Of a stretch of DNA of 64,000 nt, positions 1 through 10,028 are shown piece by piece. The notes under the pieces are model-generated. The model saw only the letters and a list, made by a program, of their open reading frames with translations, ran no database searches and was not told where the DNA came from. The stretch is taken from positions 35,412 to 99,411 of the forward strand of contig SVQZ01000005.1 of the NCBI GenBank assembly GCA_015065105.1. Reading direction: 5' to 3'. Within the stretch, counting starts at the first letter, position 1. Each line of letters starts with the position of its first letter. A program made the position numbers and the translations under genes. Source of the stretch: Oscillospiraceae bacterium. GTDB taxonomy: Bacteria > Bacillota > Clostridia > Oscillospirales > CAG-272.

Positions 1-1808
1 AGGGCTGTGGATGTACCGTTTTCCGTACAGGCGGCATCTTCGTTATACTTATAATTCACAAAGTTGTGGCCGAGAGCCGAGCCTTCATCGATTATTTTGT
101 CAACCTTACCGCAGCCGTTATCACATACCGCGGTCCTATAACCGTCCTCGGTACAGGTAGCGGGAGTAATTATATAGCTTGTAAAAGAGTGATTACATAT
201 CAATTCATATTTTAAACCGTTTTTCACCGCATAACTATATGCTTCTGAATCGGGATAGCATTGAATGGTGACATTGTCTTTATAGGTTTCAAATATCAAG
301 GGCTCTATTTTAGTAACCGTTCTCGGAATATATAATGTCTTAAGGTTTCTCTGATGTCCAAAGGCTTCTTCTCCTATGACAGAAACATGCTCGGGCACTG
401 CAAAGTATTCTCCGTCCTTACTTCCCGGATATCTTATAAGGGTCTTCATATCTTTGGAATAAAGAATACCGTTATCCGTAGCATAGACAGTATTTTCTTC
501 GCTTATGGTGATTTCCTTTAATGAATAAGGAAGGCTGTCAACATCTATATACTGGAGCTTTGCAGGAAGCTTTATGGTAGGAAAATATCCGGATAAAGCA
601 TTATCATAGATATGAGTCACGCTGTCGGGAAGAGTAATCTTTCCAACGGAGGGAACCGAATACAGACCCATGGTAGTGATACCCTCTTTTATGACCGCTT
701 CCTGGATATATATATCAATATACCCCCAGGGAGTAGCTAAAAAGGTGTCATATCCGTCATAGGTATAGTCATAGGTACTTAAGGGTCCCGTGCCGGATAT
801 TGTGATCACAGTTCCCGTTTCGTCATAGGAAAAGGACGCATTTGCACCGCATTTACCTTCGGTATAGTATGTACTGCCCGAACCGCCGTAGTAAGGGTTG
901 CCGCGGTATCCGTAACCTCGGGGATAGTAAATATCCACCTTTGTACCGAACCCCTCTTTTTTTATTTCAAATATTTCTCCGTTGATCTTTTTGAGGCTTC
1001 TGGGATAATAAACTCTGTATAGATCATAAACATCCGACATTGCATGTCCGGCAATATATTCCGTTCCTATATTTACAACGACCTCTGACTGGCCTGCATC
1101 CTTAACGTATAAAAGATAATTTCCTAAATATAATTCCTCTCCGTCCCAATTATCGGGATCATCAAAGAACGCAGTACCTGCAAAGGTGTTACTTTCAAGC
1201 ATTATGTAATGATCGGGAAGAAGTATATTCTTATAAGCCTTGCAAGATGAAAAAGCTTCTTTTCCGATAGATACAAGGGTTTCAGGGAATTTAACCTCAT
1301 ATAAGGAGGTACAATTTGCAAAAGTAAAGTATTTGATCTCTGTTATACCGTTTCCTATGATCACCGTCTCAAGTAATGAGCAGTTGTAAAATGCGCCGTA
1401 TCCGAGGTCGGTAATATAATCGGTAATTATAACTGATTTCAGCGAAGAACAGCCTGAAAAGGCATAATTTCCGATTCTTGTAAGCGAGATGGGAAAGGAT
1501 AGAGTTTTGAGTCCGCTGCACTGAGAAAAAGCTATATCACCTACAGAAGTTACGCCCGTACCGAGAACAAGACCTGTTATACTTGAAGCATAGCTATGCC
1601 AAGGCGCTTCTGAGGAATAGCTGTAATCATACATTTCCCCCTCACCGAGAATGGTAAGCACACCGCTCGCAGGAGAGAATCTCCAGGCAAGGTCGTCACC
1701 GCACTTACCTTCTGTCTCCGCATGGCTTACGGGTACTGTTACCGAAAATACGGATATAAGCATGATCATAATTAAAATTAATGAAAAAATTCTCTTAAAC
1801 TGTTTCAT
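1..1808 (-). CDS. Secreted leucine-rich-repeat (BspA-type) surface protein; 3' end lies outside the window
   Basis: Absent from the ORF track because there is no stop in the window. Minus-strand ATG at 1808-1806 with AGGAGGA about 7 nt upstream. Translation begins MKQFKRIFSLILIMIMLISVFSVTVPVSHAETEGKCGDD (signal peptide). It continues with repeated units such as LKTLSFPISLTRIGNYAFSGCSSLKSVIITDYITDLGYGAFYNCSLLETVIIGNGITEI. The frame stays open to position 1. Confidence 0.7.
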   Translation of the reverse strand, partial: MKQFKRIFSLILIMIMLISVFSVTVPVSHAETEGKCGDDLAWRFSPASGVLTILGEGEMYDYSYSSEAPWHSYASSITGLVLGTGVTSVGDIAFSQCSGLKTLSFPISLTRIGNYAFSGCSSLKSVIITDYITDLGYGAFYNCSLLETVIIGNGITEIKYFTFANCTSLYEVKFPETLVSIGKEAFSSCKAYKNILLPDHYIMLESNTFAGTAFFDDPDNWDGEELYLGNYLLYVKDAGQSEVVVNIGTEYIAGHAMSDVYDLYRVYYPRSLKKINGEIFEIKKEGFGTKVDIYYPRGYGYRGNPYYGGSGSTYYTEGKCGANASFSYDETGTVITISGTGPLSTYDYTYDGYDTFLATPWGYIDIYIQEAVIKEGITTMGLYSVPSVGKITLPDSVTHIYDNALSGYFPTIKLPAKLQYIDVDSLPYSLKEITISEENTVYATDNGILYSKDMKTLIRYPGSKDGEYFAVPEHVSVIGEEAFGHQRNLKTLYIPRTVTKIEPLIFETYKDNVTIQCYPDSEAYSYAVKNGLKYELICNHSFTSYIITPATCTEDGYRTAVCDNGCGKVDKIIDEGSALGHNFVNYKYNEDAACTENGTSTA

Positions 1809-1977
1809 TTGCCTGTCCTCCTATTGTTTATAATCTAATTATATCACGTGTTTTTTATTTTGTAAACGACTTAGTAGTTCATAATTCGAATTTTAACAAA
1901 AGCGGCTCCGGTACACCGAGTATCTCCCGTTTCTGAAGTGTAAACTGCTCACACGAAAGAGATCATTTAAAGTAAAA

Positions 1978-2007
1978 GAGCATTGCGAATTTCGTTTCGC
2001 AATGCTC
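1978..2007 (-). terminator. Stem-loop just downstream of the SIS gene stop
   Basis: 12-bp inverted repeat gagcattgcgaa / ttcgcaatgctc with a 6-nt loop. On the minus strand it is followed by CTTTTAC. Confidence 0.55.
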
Positions 2008-2014
2008 CGTTTTA

Positions 2015-3058
2015 TTATTTAGTTACTGTGATCTTATTAAGTACAACAGAAACGTCGGGGTCGATTCCTCTTACCTTTGTAAGCTCCATAGCGATAAGCT
2101 GAACCGTAACTGCAAAGAGGTAAGGAGAAACGTTATCGGAAGGAAGCTTGGGAAGCTTGAATACGAGGGGCATATCGTCGAAATCATCGGAATCGGTGAT
2201 AACGAGAACCTCAGCTTCTGTAGGCTTAACCTTTTCAATTACGATTTTAGCATCGTCAAGGCATGCACCGTTAGCTGCAAGAACAATACAGAGACCGTTC
2301 TTATTGAGCTGTGCAAGGGGACCGTGCTGGAAGTCACTGATAGCGTATCCGGAGATCTTTAAGCAGTTGGTCTCCATGATCTTGAGAGCACCCTCAAGAG
2401 CGATGGGATATGTCATACCTCTGCCTACAAGAACGCCCTCGCGCATGAAACGGAATCTCTCAACTGTTGCAAGAACCTTGTCGGGCATATAGTCAAGAAG
2501 CTCACCTACTGCCGCGGGAACAAGCTCAAGCTCCTTTGCAAGTTCTTCATCACCGCACCAAGCCTGGCCGAGCTTTGCAAGGAGATACATCTCGGAGGTA
2601 AAGGTCTTTGTAGCTGCGATAGAAGCCTCGTGACCCGAGTCGATAAAGAGGTGGAAATCACCTGCTTTAGCTACGGGAGACTCTGTATTGTTTGTAATTG
2701 TAACGGTAAGACCGCCTGTTGCCTTTGCCATTTCGATAATAGCAAGAACGTCCTTTGCCATACCGGACTGGGAAACACCGATAACAAGAGTATTCTTGTA
2801 GTTCACGGTTGCGCCGTACTTGGTGTTAACGGAGGAGGTAGCAAGACCGCAGGGAATGCCGAGATATCTCTGATAGAGATACTGAGCATAGATACAAGCG
2901 TGGTCGGATGTACCGCGTGCCGCGAATACTACGTTTGTAATATCGCCTCTTGCCTTAATTGCGGCAGCAGCCGCCTCGATTACTTCTTTGTTTGTATTGA
3001 GAACTCGTGCAAGCACCTCGGGCTGTTCACGGATCTCCTTTTCAAGATTCATCATCAT
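2015..3058 (-). CDS. SIS-domain sugar-phosphate isomerase/deglycase-like protein (resembles the GlmS isomerase half, AgaS or FrlB)
   Basis: 347 aa. Two SIS-like halves: VVFAARGTSDHACIYAQY...VIGVSQSGMAKDV, and GRGMTYPIALEGALKIMETN. Co-oriented with rhaA and rhaB. Confidence 0.8.
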   Translation of the reverse strand: MMMNLEKEIREQPEVLARVLNTNKEVIEAAAAAIKARGDITNVVFAARGTSDHACIYAQYLYQRYLGIPCGLATSSVNTKYGATVNYKNTLVIGVSQSGMAKDVLAIIEMAKATGGLTVTITNNTESPVAKAGDFHLFIDSGHEASIAATKTFTSEMYLLAKLGQAWCGDEELAKELELVPAAVGELLDYMPDKVLATVERFRFMREGVLVGRGMTYPIALEGALKIMETNCLKISGYAISDFQHGPLAQLNKNGLCIVLAANGACLDDAKIVIEKVKPTEAEVLVITDSDDFDDMPLVFKLPKLPSDNVSPYLFAVTVQLIAMELTKVRGIDPDVSVVLNKITVTK

Positions 3059-3172
3059 AGTGTATAACCTTCTTTGTGAAAAATAAATTTATCAAATTCC
3101 TCACCTCGGGCAAGGAACAAAAAAGTCTCAATCAAGCCTCATACTCGAAGCTTGGCTGCGGCAATCTGCCGC

Positions 3173-4429
3173 TTATCTTTTGGAAAGTACTTCTGCTTCG
3201 TACTTTTCAATTTCATCATACCAGGAAGCATCGCCTGCTACGCCGCATTCCTCACAGTACTTAGCCCATACTGCGCCGAAGGGGAGCATCTTAGCTTCTT
3301 CCTGCATAACCATAAGCTTGGTGAAGTTACCTTCGTCCTGAAGAGCTTTAAGAGCCGCATTGGGTGTACACATAGCCGCAAGAAGAGCCTTCTGCCAGCT
3401 TCTGAAGCCTGTGGTCCATGCGCTGATACGGTTGATGGAAGCATCAAAATAGTCAAGTGCCATGTACGCACGGTCAAGAGCGTCGCAACGAACGATCTCC
3501 TTCGCCATTTCCTTGGTCTCATCGTCAAAGAGAACAACGTGGTCAGAGTCCCAGCGAACGCCTCTGGTGATATGAAGTGCGATCTCAGGGAAGAAGCAAA
3601 GAAGTGCGGGGATCTTGTCCGAAACAACCTCGGTGGGATGATAGTGGCCGTTATCCATAAGAGGAATGCACTTGTCGGAGTTAGCCGCTACAATAGAGAG
3701 CGCAAACTCTGCGGAGCCTGCGGTGTAGGACTCAACACCAATACCGAATACCTTTGACTCAACGCAGGGCTTAACAAGGTTGAAATCGTAGGGCTCGGTG
3801 AGGATCTGTTCGATGGATTCCTTATATCTCATTCTGGGGCCCATACGGTCAGCAGGAATATCCTTGAAGCCGTCGCCTGTCCAGATGTTCATAACACAGG
3901 GCATACCTGTTTCCTTTGCGAAATACTCGGAAATACGGATACAAGCCTTTCCGTGCTCTATCCAGAACTTACGAACGCTTTCGTCGGGGCTGGAGAGGGT
4001 AAGTCCGTCCTTCTGCATGGGATGTGAGAAGAAGGTGGGGTTGAAATCAAGGCCGCAGCCTCTTTCCTTTGCAAACTCTACCCACTTTGCAAAATGCTTG
4101 GGCTCAAGCTTATCACGGTCAACGAACTCGCCATCCTCAAAGATTGCATAACAAGCATGAACGTTGATCTTCTTTGTACCGGGGCAAAGGGAGATCACCT
4201 TGTCCATATCAGCCATAAGCTGTTCGGGAGTGGTTGCCTTGCCGGGATAGTTACCTGTGGTCTGAATACCGCCGTTAAGAGGGCCGTCATGGTCAAAGCC
4301 GATAACGTCGTCACCCTGCCAGCAGTGGAGAGAAACAGGAATGTTCTTAAGCTTTGCGATCACAGCATCGGTATCAATACCCTGAGCTGCATAGATCTCT
4401 TTAGCTAATTCATAGCTCTTGTTAATCAT
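3173..4429 (-). CDS. rhaA: L-rhamnose isomerase
   Basis: 418 aa, the typical RhaA length. N-terminal ...PVSLHCWQGDDVIGFD... signature region. GGAGGA Shine-Dalgarno upstream. Adjacent to the rhamnulokinase gene. Confidence 0.9.
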   Translation of the reverse strand: MINKSYELAKEIYAAQGIDTDAVIAKLKNIPVSLHCWQGDDVIGFDHDGPLNGGIQTTGNYPGKATTPEQLMADMDKVISLCPGTKKINVHACYAIFEDGEFVDRDKLEPKHFAKWVEFAKERGCGLDFNPTFFSHPMQKDGLTLSSPDESVRKFWIEHGKACIRISEYFAKETGMPCVMNIWTGDGFKDIPADRMGPRMRYKESIEQILTEPYDFNLVKPCVESKVFGIGVESYTAGSAEFALSIVAANSDKCIPLMDNGHYHPTEVVSDKIPALLCFFPEIALHITRGVRWDSDHVVLFDDETKEMAKEIVRCDALDRAYMALDYFDASINRISAWTTGFRSWQKALLAAMCTPNAALKALQDEGNFTKLMVMQEEAKMLPFGAVWAKYCEECGVAGDASWYDEIEKYEAEVLSKR

Positions 4430-4456
4430 TTATATGTCCTCCAAATTTATTTTTAA

Positions 4457-5929
4457 TTATAATAACTTTAAGAATCTTTCGTAAGCCGCATCCCACTTAT
4501 CTGCATCCTTAGGCTCGTAGCACTTGATCTCGAAGGAATCGCGAACTACCTGACGGGCTTCTGCAAGGTCCTTAACCTTACCTGCAGCCATAAGCTGAAC
4601 AAGAAGGTTACCGATAGAGGTTGCCTCTGTGGGTCCTGCATATACGGGACGCTTACAAGCATCTGCGGTAAACTGACAGAGAGGAGCCTCCTTTGTACCG
4701 CCGCCAACGATATTGATGAAGGGAGTGTGTCTGCCCATCATATCGTCCATATTCTCAACAGTCCAACGGTACTTAAGAGCAAGGGATTCAAAGATACAGC
4801 GAATGATCTCACCCTTGGTCTGGGGAACGTACTGACCTGTCTTTTCACAGAACTCTGCAACTCTCTTGGGAAGGTTGCCGGGTGCCATGAAGGAAGGATC
4901 GTCGGGATTGATGAAGCACTTATGCGCTTCGCTTGCCATAGCCATATCGGAGAGCTGGTCGTAGGTTGTCTTTTCGCCTTCTCTCTCCCACTGACGCTTT
5001 GATTCCTGCTCAAGCCAAAGTCCCATGATGTTACGGAGGAATCTGATCTTACCGTTTGTGCCGCCTTCGTTGGTAAAGCCGCAGTTCATCGCCTCGATGG
5101 TAGGATTGGGCTCGTTGAGCTCCATACCCATAAGCGACCATGTACCCGAGCTGATGTAGATGAAATCGTCGCCCTTTGCGGGAACCGAAACTACCGCACT
5201 TGCAGTGTCGTGAGCCGCAACGTGAACAACGTTTGCATCATAGATACCTGTATCCTCGGATATCTGAGGAAGAAGCTTGCCTAAAACTGTACCGGGCTGT
5301 GCTATCTCGGTAAACATCTTTGTGGGGATTCCGAGCTCTGCTATCATATCCATTGCCCAGTTACGGGTCTTAACGTCTAAAAGACCGCCTGTGGATGCAA
5401 CGGTATATTCTGTTTTAGCCTGACCTGTTAAGAAGTAGTTGAGAAGGTCGGGAATAAAGAGAAGCTTATCTGCCGCTTCAAGAGACGCCGGGTTTGTGCG
5501 AAGCACAGACATAAGCTGATATACGCTGTTGAAGTTTACGTGTGCGATACCTGTCTTATTGAAGATATCTTCCTTGGAAAGCTTTTCAAATGCCCAATTC
5601 TCAAAGTCCATGGTGCGCGCATCACGGTAGTGAACGGGATTTGCCATAAGCTTGCCTTCCTTATCAAGGAAACCGAAGTCAACGCCCCATGTGTCGATAC
5701 CGATGGAGGCGATATCCTTATCTGCGGAAAGTGCACACTTACGGATGGAATTCTTGATCTCGAAGAATATACGGAGAATATCCCAATAGAATGTACCTGC
5801 CGCAATTACGGGATCGTTAGAGAAACGGTGGTTCTCTTCAAGAGTCAGCTTACTGCCGTCAAAACGGCCTACGATACCTCTGCCGCTGGAAGCACCGAGG
5901 TCGATGGCTAACATTTTAAAATCTGCCAT
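4457..5929 (-). CDS. rhaB: Rhamnulokinase (FGGY carbohydrate kinase family)
   Basis: 490 aa. MLAIDLGASSGRGIVGRFDG...ENHRFSN N-terminus and FGGY-type C-terminal half. Lies next to rhaA. Confidence 0.9.
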   Translation of the reverse strand: MADFKMLAIDLGASSGRGIVGRFDGSKLTLEENHRFSNDPVIAAGTFYWDILRIFFEIKNSIRKCALSADKDIASIGIDTWGVDFGFLDKEGKLMANPVHYRDARTMDFENWAFEKLSKEDIFNKTGIAHVNFNSVYQLMSVLRTNPASLEAADKLLFIPDLLNYFLTGQAKTEYTVASTGGLLDVKTRNWAMDMIAELGIPTKMFTEIAQPGTVLGKLLPQISEDTGIYDANVVHVAAHDTASAVVSVPAKGDDFIYISSGTWSLMGMELNEPNPTIEAMNCGFTNEGGTNGKIRFLRNIMGLWLEQESKRQWEREGEKTTYDQLSDMAMASEAHKCFINPDDPSFMAPGNLPKRVAEFCEKTGQYVPQTKGEIIRCIFESLALKYRWTVENMDDMMGRHTPFINIVGGGTKEAPLCQFTADACKRPVYAGPTEATSIGNLLVQLMAAGKVKDLAEARQVVRDSFEIKCYEPKDADKWDAAYERFLKLL

Positions 5930-5967
5930 TTTTAAAGTCCCCCTGTATTTTAAGTTTAAATGTTTAT

Positions 5968-6816
5968 TTAAATATATTTTTTCAATGCTGAAAGTGCCGC
6001 ACCGAAGGCTTCATCGGTGTTGGCATATTTATTACCCACATTGGATGTATGACCTTCGCTTTCAAGTCCCTTAAGACCGTCAAACTCCAAAAGATGGGGT
6101 TCAAGGGTAAGAATAAAATCACCCTCGAAATCATCCTTGAGCCTTGCAAGGGTTTCGGGTATTCTTCCTATTCCCTGTCCTGCCACGACCATTTCCTTCT
6201 GCTCGTTTGCATCCTTTATATGCATATAACTCAAGGCATCCTTTACCGTATTATAAGCAAAGGGATATGCCTCTATATCGCAGGCAATGAAGTTTGCATG
6301 GTCAAAAACACATTTCATTCTGCCGCCGAGAGCATTATACAGCTTAATACATCTTTCGGGTGTTTCACCGTAGATCTGCTTTTCATTTTCGTGACAAAGG
6401 ATAATTCCTTCCTTTTCCGCAATATCGCAGAATACAGAAAGACGCTTTACAACCTCGTCAAACCATATTTCGGGATCATCCCCCTCGGGCATGAAGAAGC
6501 TGAAAATTCTCATTCTCTTCGCCTCTAATATATGAGCAATTTCGCAAAGATGCTTAAACTGTTCAAGGTGAGGAGCAAATTCATCTTTAATATTTATCTT
6601 ACCTGCAGGAGAGCCGACAGCCGAGATAGCAATACCTGCCTTATCAAGCTTCGCCTTTACCTCTCTTGCCTTGTCAAGAGTTATATCTGCCACGGGTGTA
6701 CCGTCAACACCTCTTATTTCAAGAAGGTCAACACCGTTTGCCGAAAGCCAGGAGATCTGCTTGTCTATTTCAGGGCTGTACTCATCTGCAAAAGCACTTA
6801 ATTTGAATTGTACCAT
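5968..6816 (-). CDS. Sugar phosphate isomerase/epimerase (xylose-isomerase-like TIM barrel)
   Basis: ORF is 5968..6888. I prefer the internal ATG at 6816 (MVQFKLSAFADEY...) because the longer form would overlap the upstream gene, which ends at 6827. Composition and length fit a TIM barrel. Confidence 0.75.
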   Translation of the reverse strand: MVQFKLSAFADEYSPEIDKQISWLSANGVDLLEIRGVDGTPVADITLDKAREVKAKLDKAGIAISAVGSPAGKINIKDEFAPHLEQFKHLCEIAHILEAKRMRIFSFFMPEGDDPEIWFDEVVKRLSVFCDIAEKEGIILCHENEKQIYGETPERCIKLYNALGGRMKCVFDHANFIACDIEAYPFAYNTVKDALSYMHIKDANEQKEMVVAGQGIGRIPETLARLKDDFEGDFILTLEPHLLEFDGLKGLESEGHTSNVGNKYANTDEAFGAALSALKKYI

Positions 6817-6826
6817 ATTTTTTTCC

Positions 6827-7609
6827 TTATTGCAAGTAATCGGAGTATCTTTCCATGATATTATCACGGCTGAGCTTAGCGGAATCATAGATATTGTAAC
6901 GTCTTACAAAATCCTGTTCGATAAAATGCCACTCAATGCCCGCGTCACGGCTTGCTTCAACAATAGCGTCAAAGTTCATATTACCCGTAAGAAGCTCGGT
7001 TACCTGAAGCACGTTATCCTTAACGGTAAGATCCTTGAAATGAGTTGCAAAGATCTTATCTGAATATTTACGTATAAATGCCGCGCAGTCGATACCCGCT
7101 ATCTGAGCCCACGCTGTATCAAAGGTGAATTTGAAGCCCTCGGGCATACCCTCCAAAAGCATTTCCAAGCCTGTTTTACCGTTTTCAAATCTTTCAAACT
7201 CAAACCAATGGTTATGATAGCAAAAGCTCTTTCCGGCCTTACCTATCTTTTCACAGGCAGGTCCGTATTTTTCGATAAAGCGGCTATAGCCCTCATAGTT
7301 ACGGTACTCGCCGGGCATACCGCCGATACCGATACCGTTACAACCGAAGATCTCATGATCCTCTATACATTTTTCTGTATTATTAACTATTTCGTTATCA
7401 TCCCAATGGGTAAGTCCGCAAACGAGTCCCGTTTCATCGCAAAGCTCCTTTAAGCGCTTGGGATCGGTAGCTCCTTCACCTTCACCGGAAAGCTGGAAAT
7501 ATTTATATCCCATTTCAGCTACCTTACGTATAGATCTCTCAAAAAGAGGTCTTGTGGCACAGTAATCACGAATGGTGTATAACTGTAAGCCGAATTTCAT
7601 CTTTTCCAT
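6827..7609 (-). CDS. Sugar phosphate isomerase/epimerase (xylose-isomerase-like TIM barrel)
   Basis: 260 aa. MKFGLQLYTIRD... start is typical of this family, as is ...CYHNHWFEF.... Confidence 0.8.
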   Translation of the reverse strand: MEKMKFGLQLYTIRDYCATRPLFERSIRKVAEMGYKYFQLSGEGEGATDPKRLKELCDETGLVCGLTHWDDNEIVNNTEKCIEDHEIFGCNGIGIGGMPGEYRNYEGYSRFIEKYGPACEKIGKAGKSFCYHNHWFEFERFENGKTGLEMLLEGMPEGFKFTFDTAWAQIAGIDCAAFIRKYSDKIFATHFKDLTVKDNVLQVTELLTGNMNFDAIVEASRDAGIEWHFIEQDFVRRYNIYDSAKLSRDNIMERYSDYLQ

Positions 7610-7629
7610 TTTTTATTCCTCTATTGTAA

Positions 7630-10020
7630 TTATTTTAATTCAACTATGGTAACACCGCCGTCACCCTCGCCGTACATTCCTTCCCGGAAGTTGGCAACCC
7701 GTCTATCCTTTTTAAGAAGGGGCTTTAACGCGGCCTTTAATTTACCCGTACCCTTACCGTGTATAAGAGTAACGATACGAATGCCCGACAGAAGAGCATC
7801 GTCTAAATATTTATCGACCTGATACCAGGCGTCCTCACCGTTCATTCCGCGCAGGTCAAGCTCCGGCTTAAAGCCGCTTGACACGCTCTTTGAATATTCA
7901 CCGTGACTCACCTTTTTCTTTTCCGCGGTGGTTACAGTGATTGCACCGTCTCCCACCAGCATCAGGTTCTTTTCCTTTGTTTTGGTTATCATCTGACCGA
8001 TACGCACGCTTACGTTTCCGTCACCCTTGGGTTCCTCGGCAACGATTCCGTCACGGTCGATATTTACTATATGAACAAGATCTCCCTTTTTGAGCTTACG
8101 GGGAAGCTTGTAGGTGGAATCTCCGCGTTCAACCACAGGGTTTGTTTTATCATCCGCACGGCGAAGCTCCCGTCTTATCTTATCTCTTGCCGCTTCAAGA
8201 CCCTCGGAAAGCTTTTGCGAATCCCTCTGCTTTTTAACCTTTTCAAGCTCACGGAAAACAAAATCGCTGGAAGCACGGGCGCTTGCTATCATTGCCGCCG
8301 CCTTTGCTTCTGCTCTTTCAACCTGCTTTTCGCTTTCCTCAAGACGCTCTTTCATTCTCTTTTCCGCAGTACGCTTGAAGTTTTCGTACTCTGCCTTAAG
8401 AGCTCTTGCCTCGTCTCTTTCGCGCTCCATTTCGATTCGGGTGGCTTCAAGCTTTTCGATAACATATTCAAAGCGCTTATTATCTCCCGAAATATAGCCT
8501 TCTGCTCTCTCGATTATCTCATCGGGAAGTCCCAGCTTCTTAGATATCGCAAATGCGTTCGATTTTCCCGGAGTTCCCGTTATAAGACGGTAGGTGGGAC
8601 GAAGAGTCTCTATATCGAATTCACAGGATGCGTTACATACTCCTTCGGTATCAAGGGCGTACACCTTCAATTCCGCATAGTGGGTGGTTGCGGCACAAAG
8701 GGCACCCTTTTCCCTTATCCTCTCAAGCACCGAAACGGCAAGGGCCGCGCCCTCAACAGGGTCGGTGCCCGAGCCGAGCTCGTCAAAGAGAACAAGGCTC
8801 TTTTTCTCCGCCTTTGCAACTATATCAACTATATTCACCATATGAGCTGAAAAGGTTGAAAGTGACTGCTCTATACTCTGTTCATCGCCTATATCGCAGA
8901 GGATCTTGTCAAAAACACAGACCGTTGATTCTTCATACAGAGGAACGTGAAGCCCCGACTGTATCATAAGTGCGAAAAGACCGAGCGTTTTAAGTGTTAC
9001 CGTTTTACCGCCCGTATTCGGTCCCGTTACCACAAGAGTATCGTATTTACCTCCAACGGATACGTTTATCGGCACCGCCTTCTTCGGATCGAGAAGGGGA
9101 TGCTTTGCACGTACAAGGGTAAATTCGCCGTCCTCATTTATCATGGGGGCTCTTGCATCCATTCTTACCGAGAGCATACCCATTGCAAAGGTAAGGGCAA
9201 GCTCGGTTATATTTTCATAGTTATTTCCTATGTTCCAGGAATCCTTTGCAACCTCGGCGCTTAAACCTGCAAGTATCTTTTCGATCTCAAATTTTTCTGC
9301 GGATTCAAGCTCCCGTAACGTATTGTTTGCTTCAACCACCTGCATAGGCTCTATAAACAATGTGGCACCCGAGGATGAAGTATCATGTACAAGACCCTTT
9401 ATCTCGTTTTTATATTCGATCTTTACGGGAACAACGTACCTTCCGTCTCTCTGGGTAACTATATTTTCCTGAAGATACTTGGAATACGCTCCTCCTGTAT
9501 ATCTCGAAAGGGTCTCCTTTATCTTGTTGTTTGTATTTTTTATCTTTCGCCTTATATCCGATAATGCAGGACTTGCATCGTCGGCTATCATATCGGCGGT
9601 GATTATCACCTTTCTTATCCTGTCCTCCAATACCTTATTCGGAGACAGAAGATAGAAGCTTTCGTCGAGCATCGTTTCAAAGCGTTTGTTGGAATCAATA
9701 TATTCCTGAAGCCTTCTTGCGCTGCATAGAAGCTCTGCGATCCGCAACAGCTCAACGGTATTTAAGGACGCACCCTTTTCACATCTTTCAAGAGATGAGG
9801 TTATATCCTTGATATCACCGAAGGGGGGCATTCCCTTTTCGTCTATAAGACGCTTTGCGTCCGTTGTAAGCAGCTGCTTACGGCGGACCTCGAATACATC
9901 GGGAGAAGGCATTATTTCAAGAGCCTTCGCCTTTGCTCCTTCGGTTACAGCCGCATCGCAAAGCATCCCGCGTATCTTATCGAATTCTAAAATTTTTATC
10001 GCTTTTCGGTAATTTACCAT
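7630..10020 (-). CDS. mutS2: Endonuclease MutS2 (MutS-family ATPase with C-terminal Smr domain)
   Basis: 796 aa. Walker A motif VVTGPNTGGKTVTLK. C-terminal Smr region LDLRGMNGEDAW...IRIVTLIHGKGTGKLK. Confidence 0.93.
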   Translation of the reverse strand: MVNYRKAIKILEFDKIRGMLCDAAVTEGAKAKALEIMPSPDVFEVRRKQLLTTDAKRLIDEKGMPPFGDIKDITSSLERCEKGASLNTVELLRIAELLCSARRLQEYIDSNKRFETMLDESFYLLSPNKVLEDRIRKVIITADMIADDASPALSDIRRKIKNTNNKIKETLSRYTGGAYSKYLQENIVTQRDGRYVVPVKIEYKNEIKGLVHDTSSSGATLFIEPMQVVEANNTLRELESAEKFEIEKILAGLSAEVAKDSWNIGNNYENITELALTFAMGMLSVRMDARAPMINEDGEFTLVRAKHPLLDPKKAVPINVSVGGKYDTLVVTGPNTGGKTVTLKTLGLFALMIQSGLHVPLYEESTVCVFDKILCDIGDEQSIEQSLSTFSAHMVNIVDIVAKAEKKSLVLFDELGSGTDPVEGAALAVSVLERIREKGALCAATTHYAELKVYALDTEGVCNASCEFDIETLRPTYRLITGTPGKSNAFAISKKLGLPDEIIERAEGYISGDNKRFEYVIEKLEATRIEMERERDEARALKAEYENFKRTAEKRMKERLEESEKQVERAEAKAAAMIASARASSDFVFRELEKVKKQRDSQKLSEGLEAARDKIRRELRRADDKTNPVVERGDSTYKLPRKLKKGDLVHIVNIDRDGIVAEEPKGDGNVSVRIGQMITKTKEKNLMLVGDGAITVTTAEKKKVSHGEYSKSVSSGFKPELDLRGMNGEDAWYQVDKYLDDALLSGIRIVTLIHGKGTGKLKAALKPLLKKDRRVANFREGMYGEGDGGVTIVELK

Positions 10021-10028
10021 TTCTTTTC

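Noticed and set aside
7903-9472. Several plus-strand ORFs of 80-315 aa
   Set aside because: They are antisense to mutS2 and are shadow frames.
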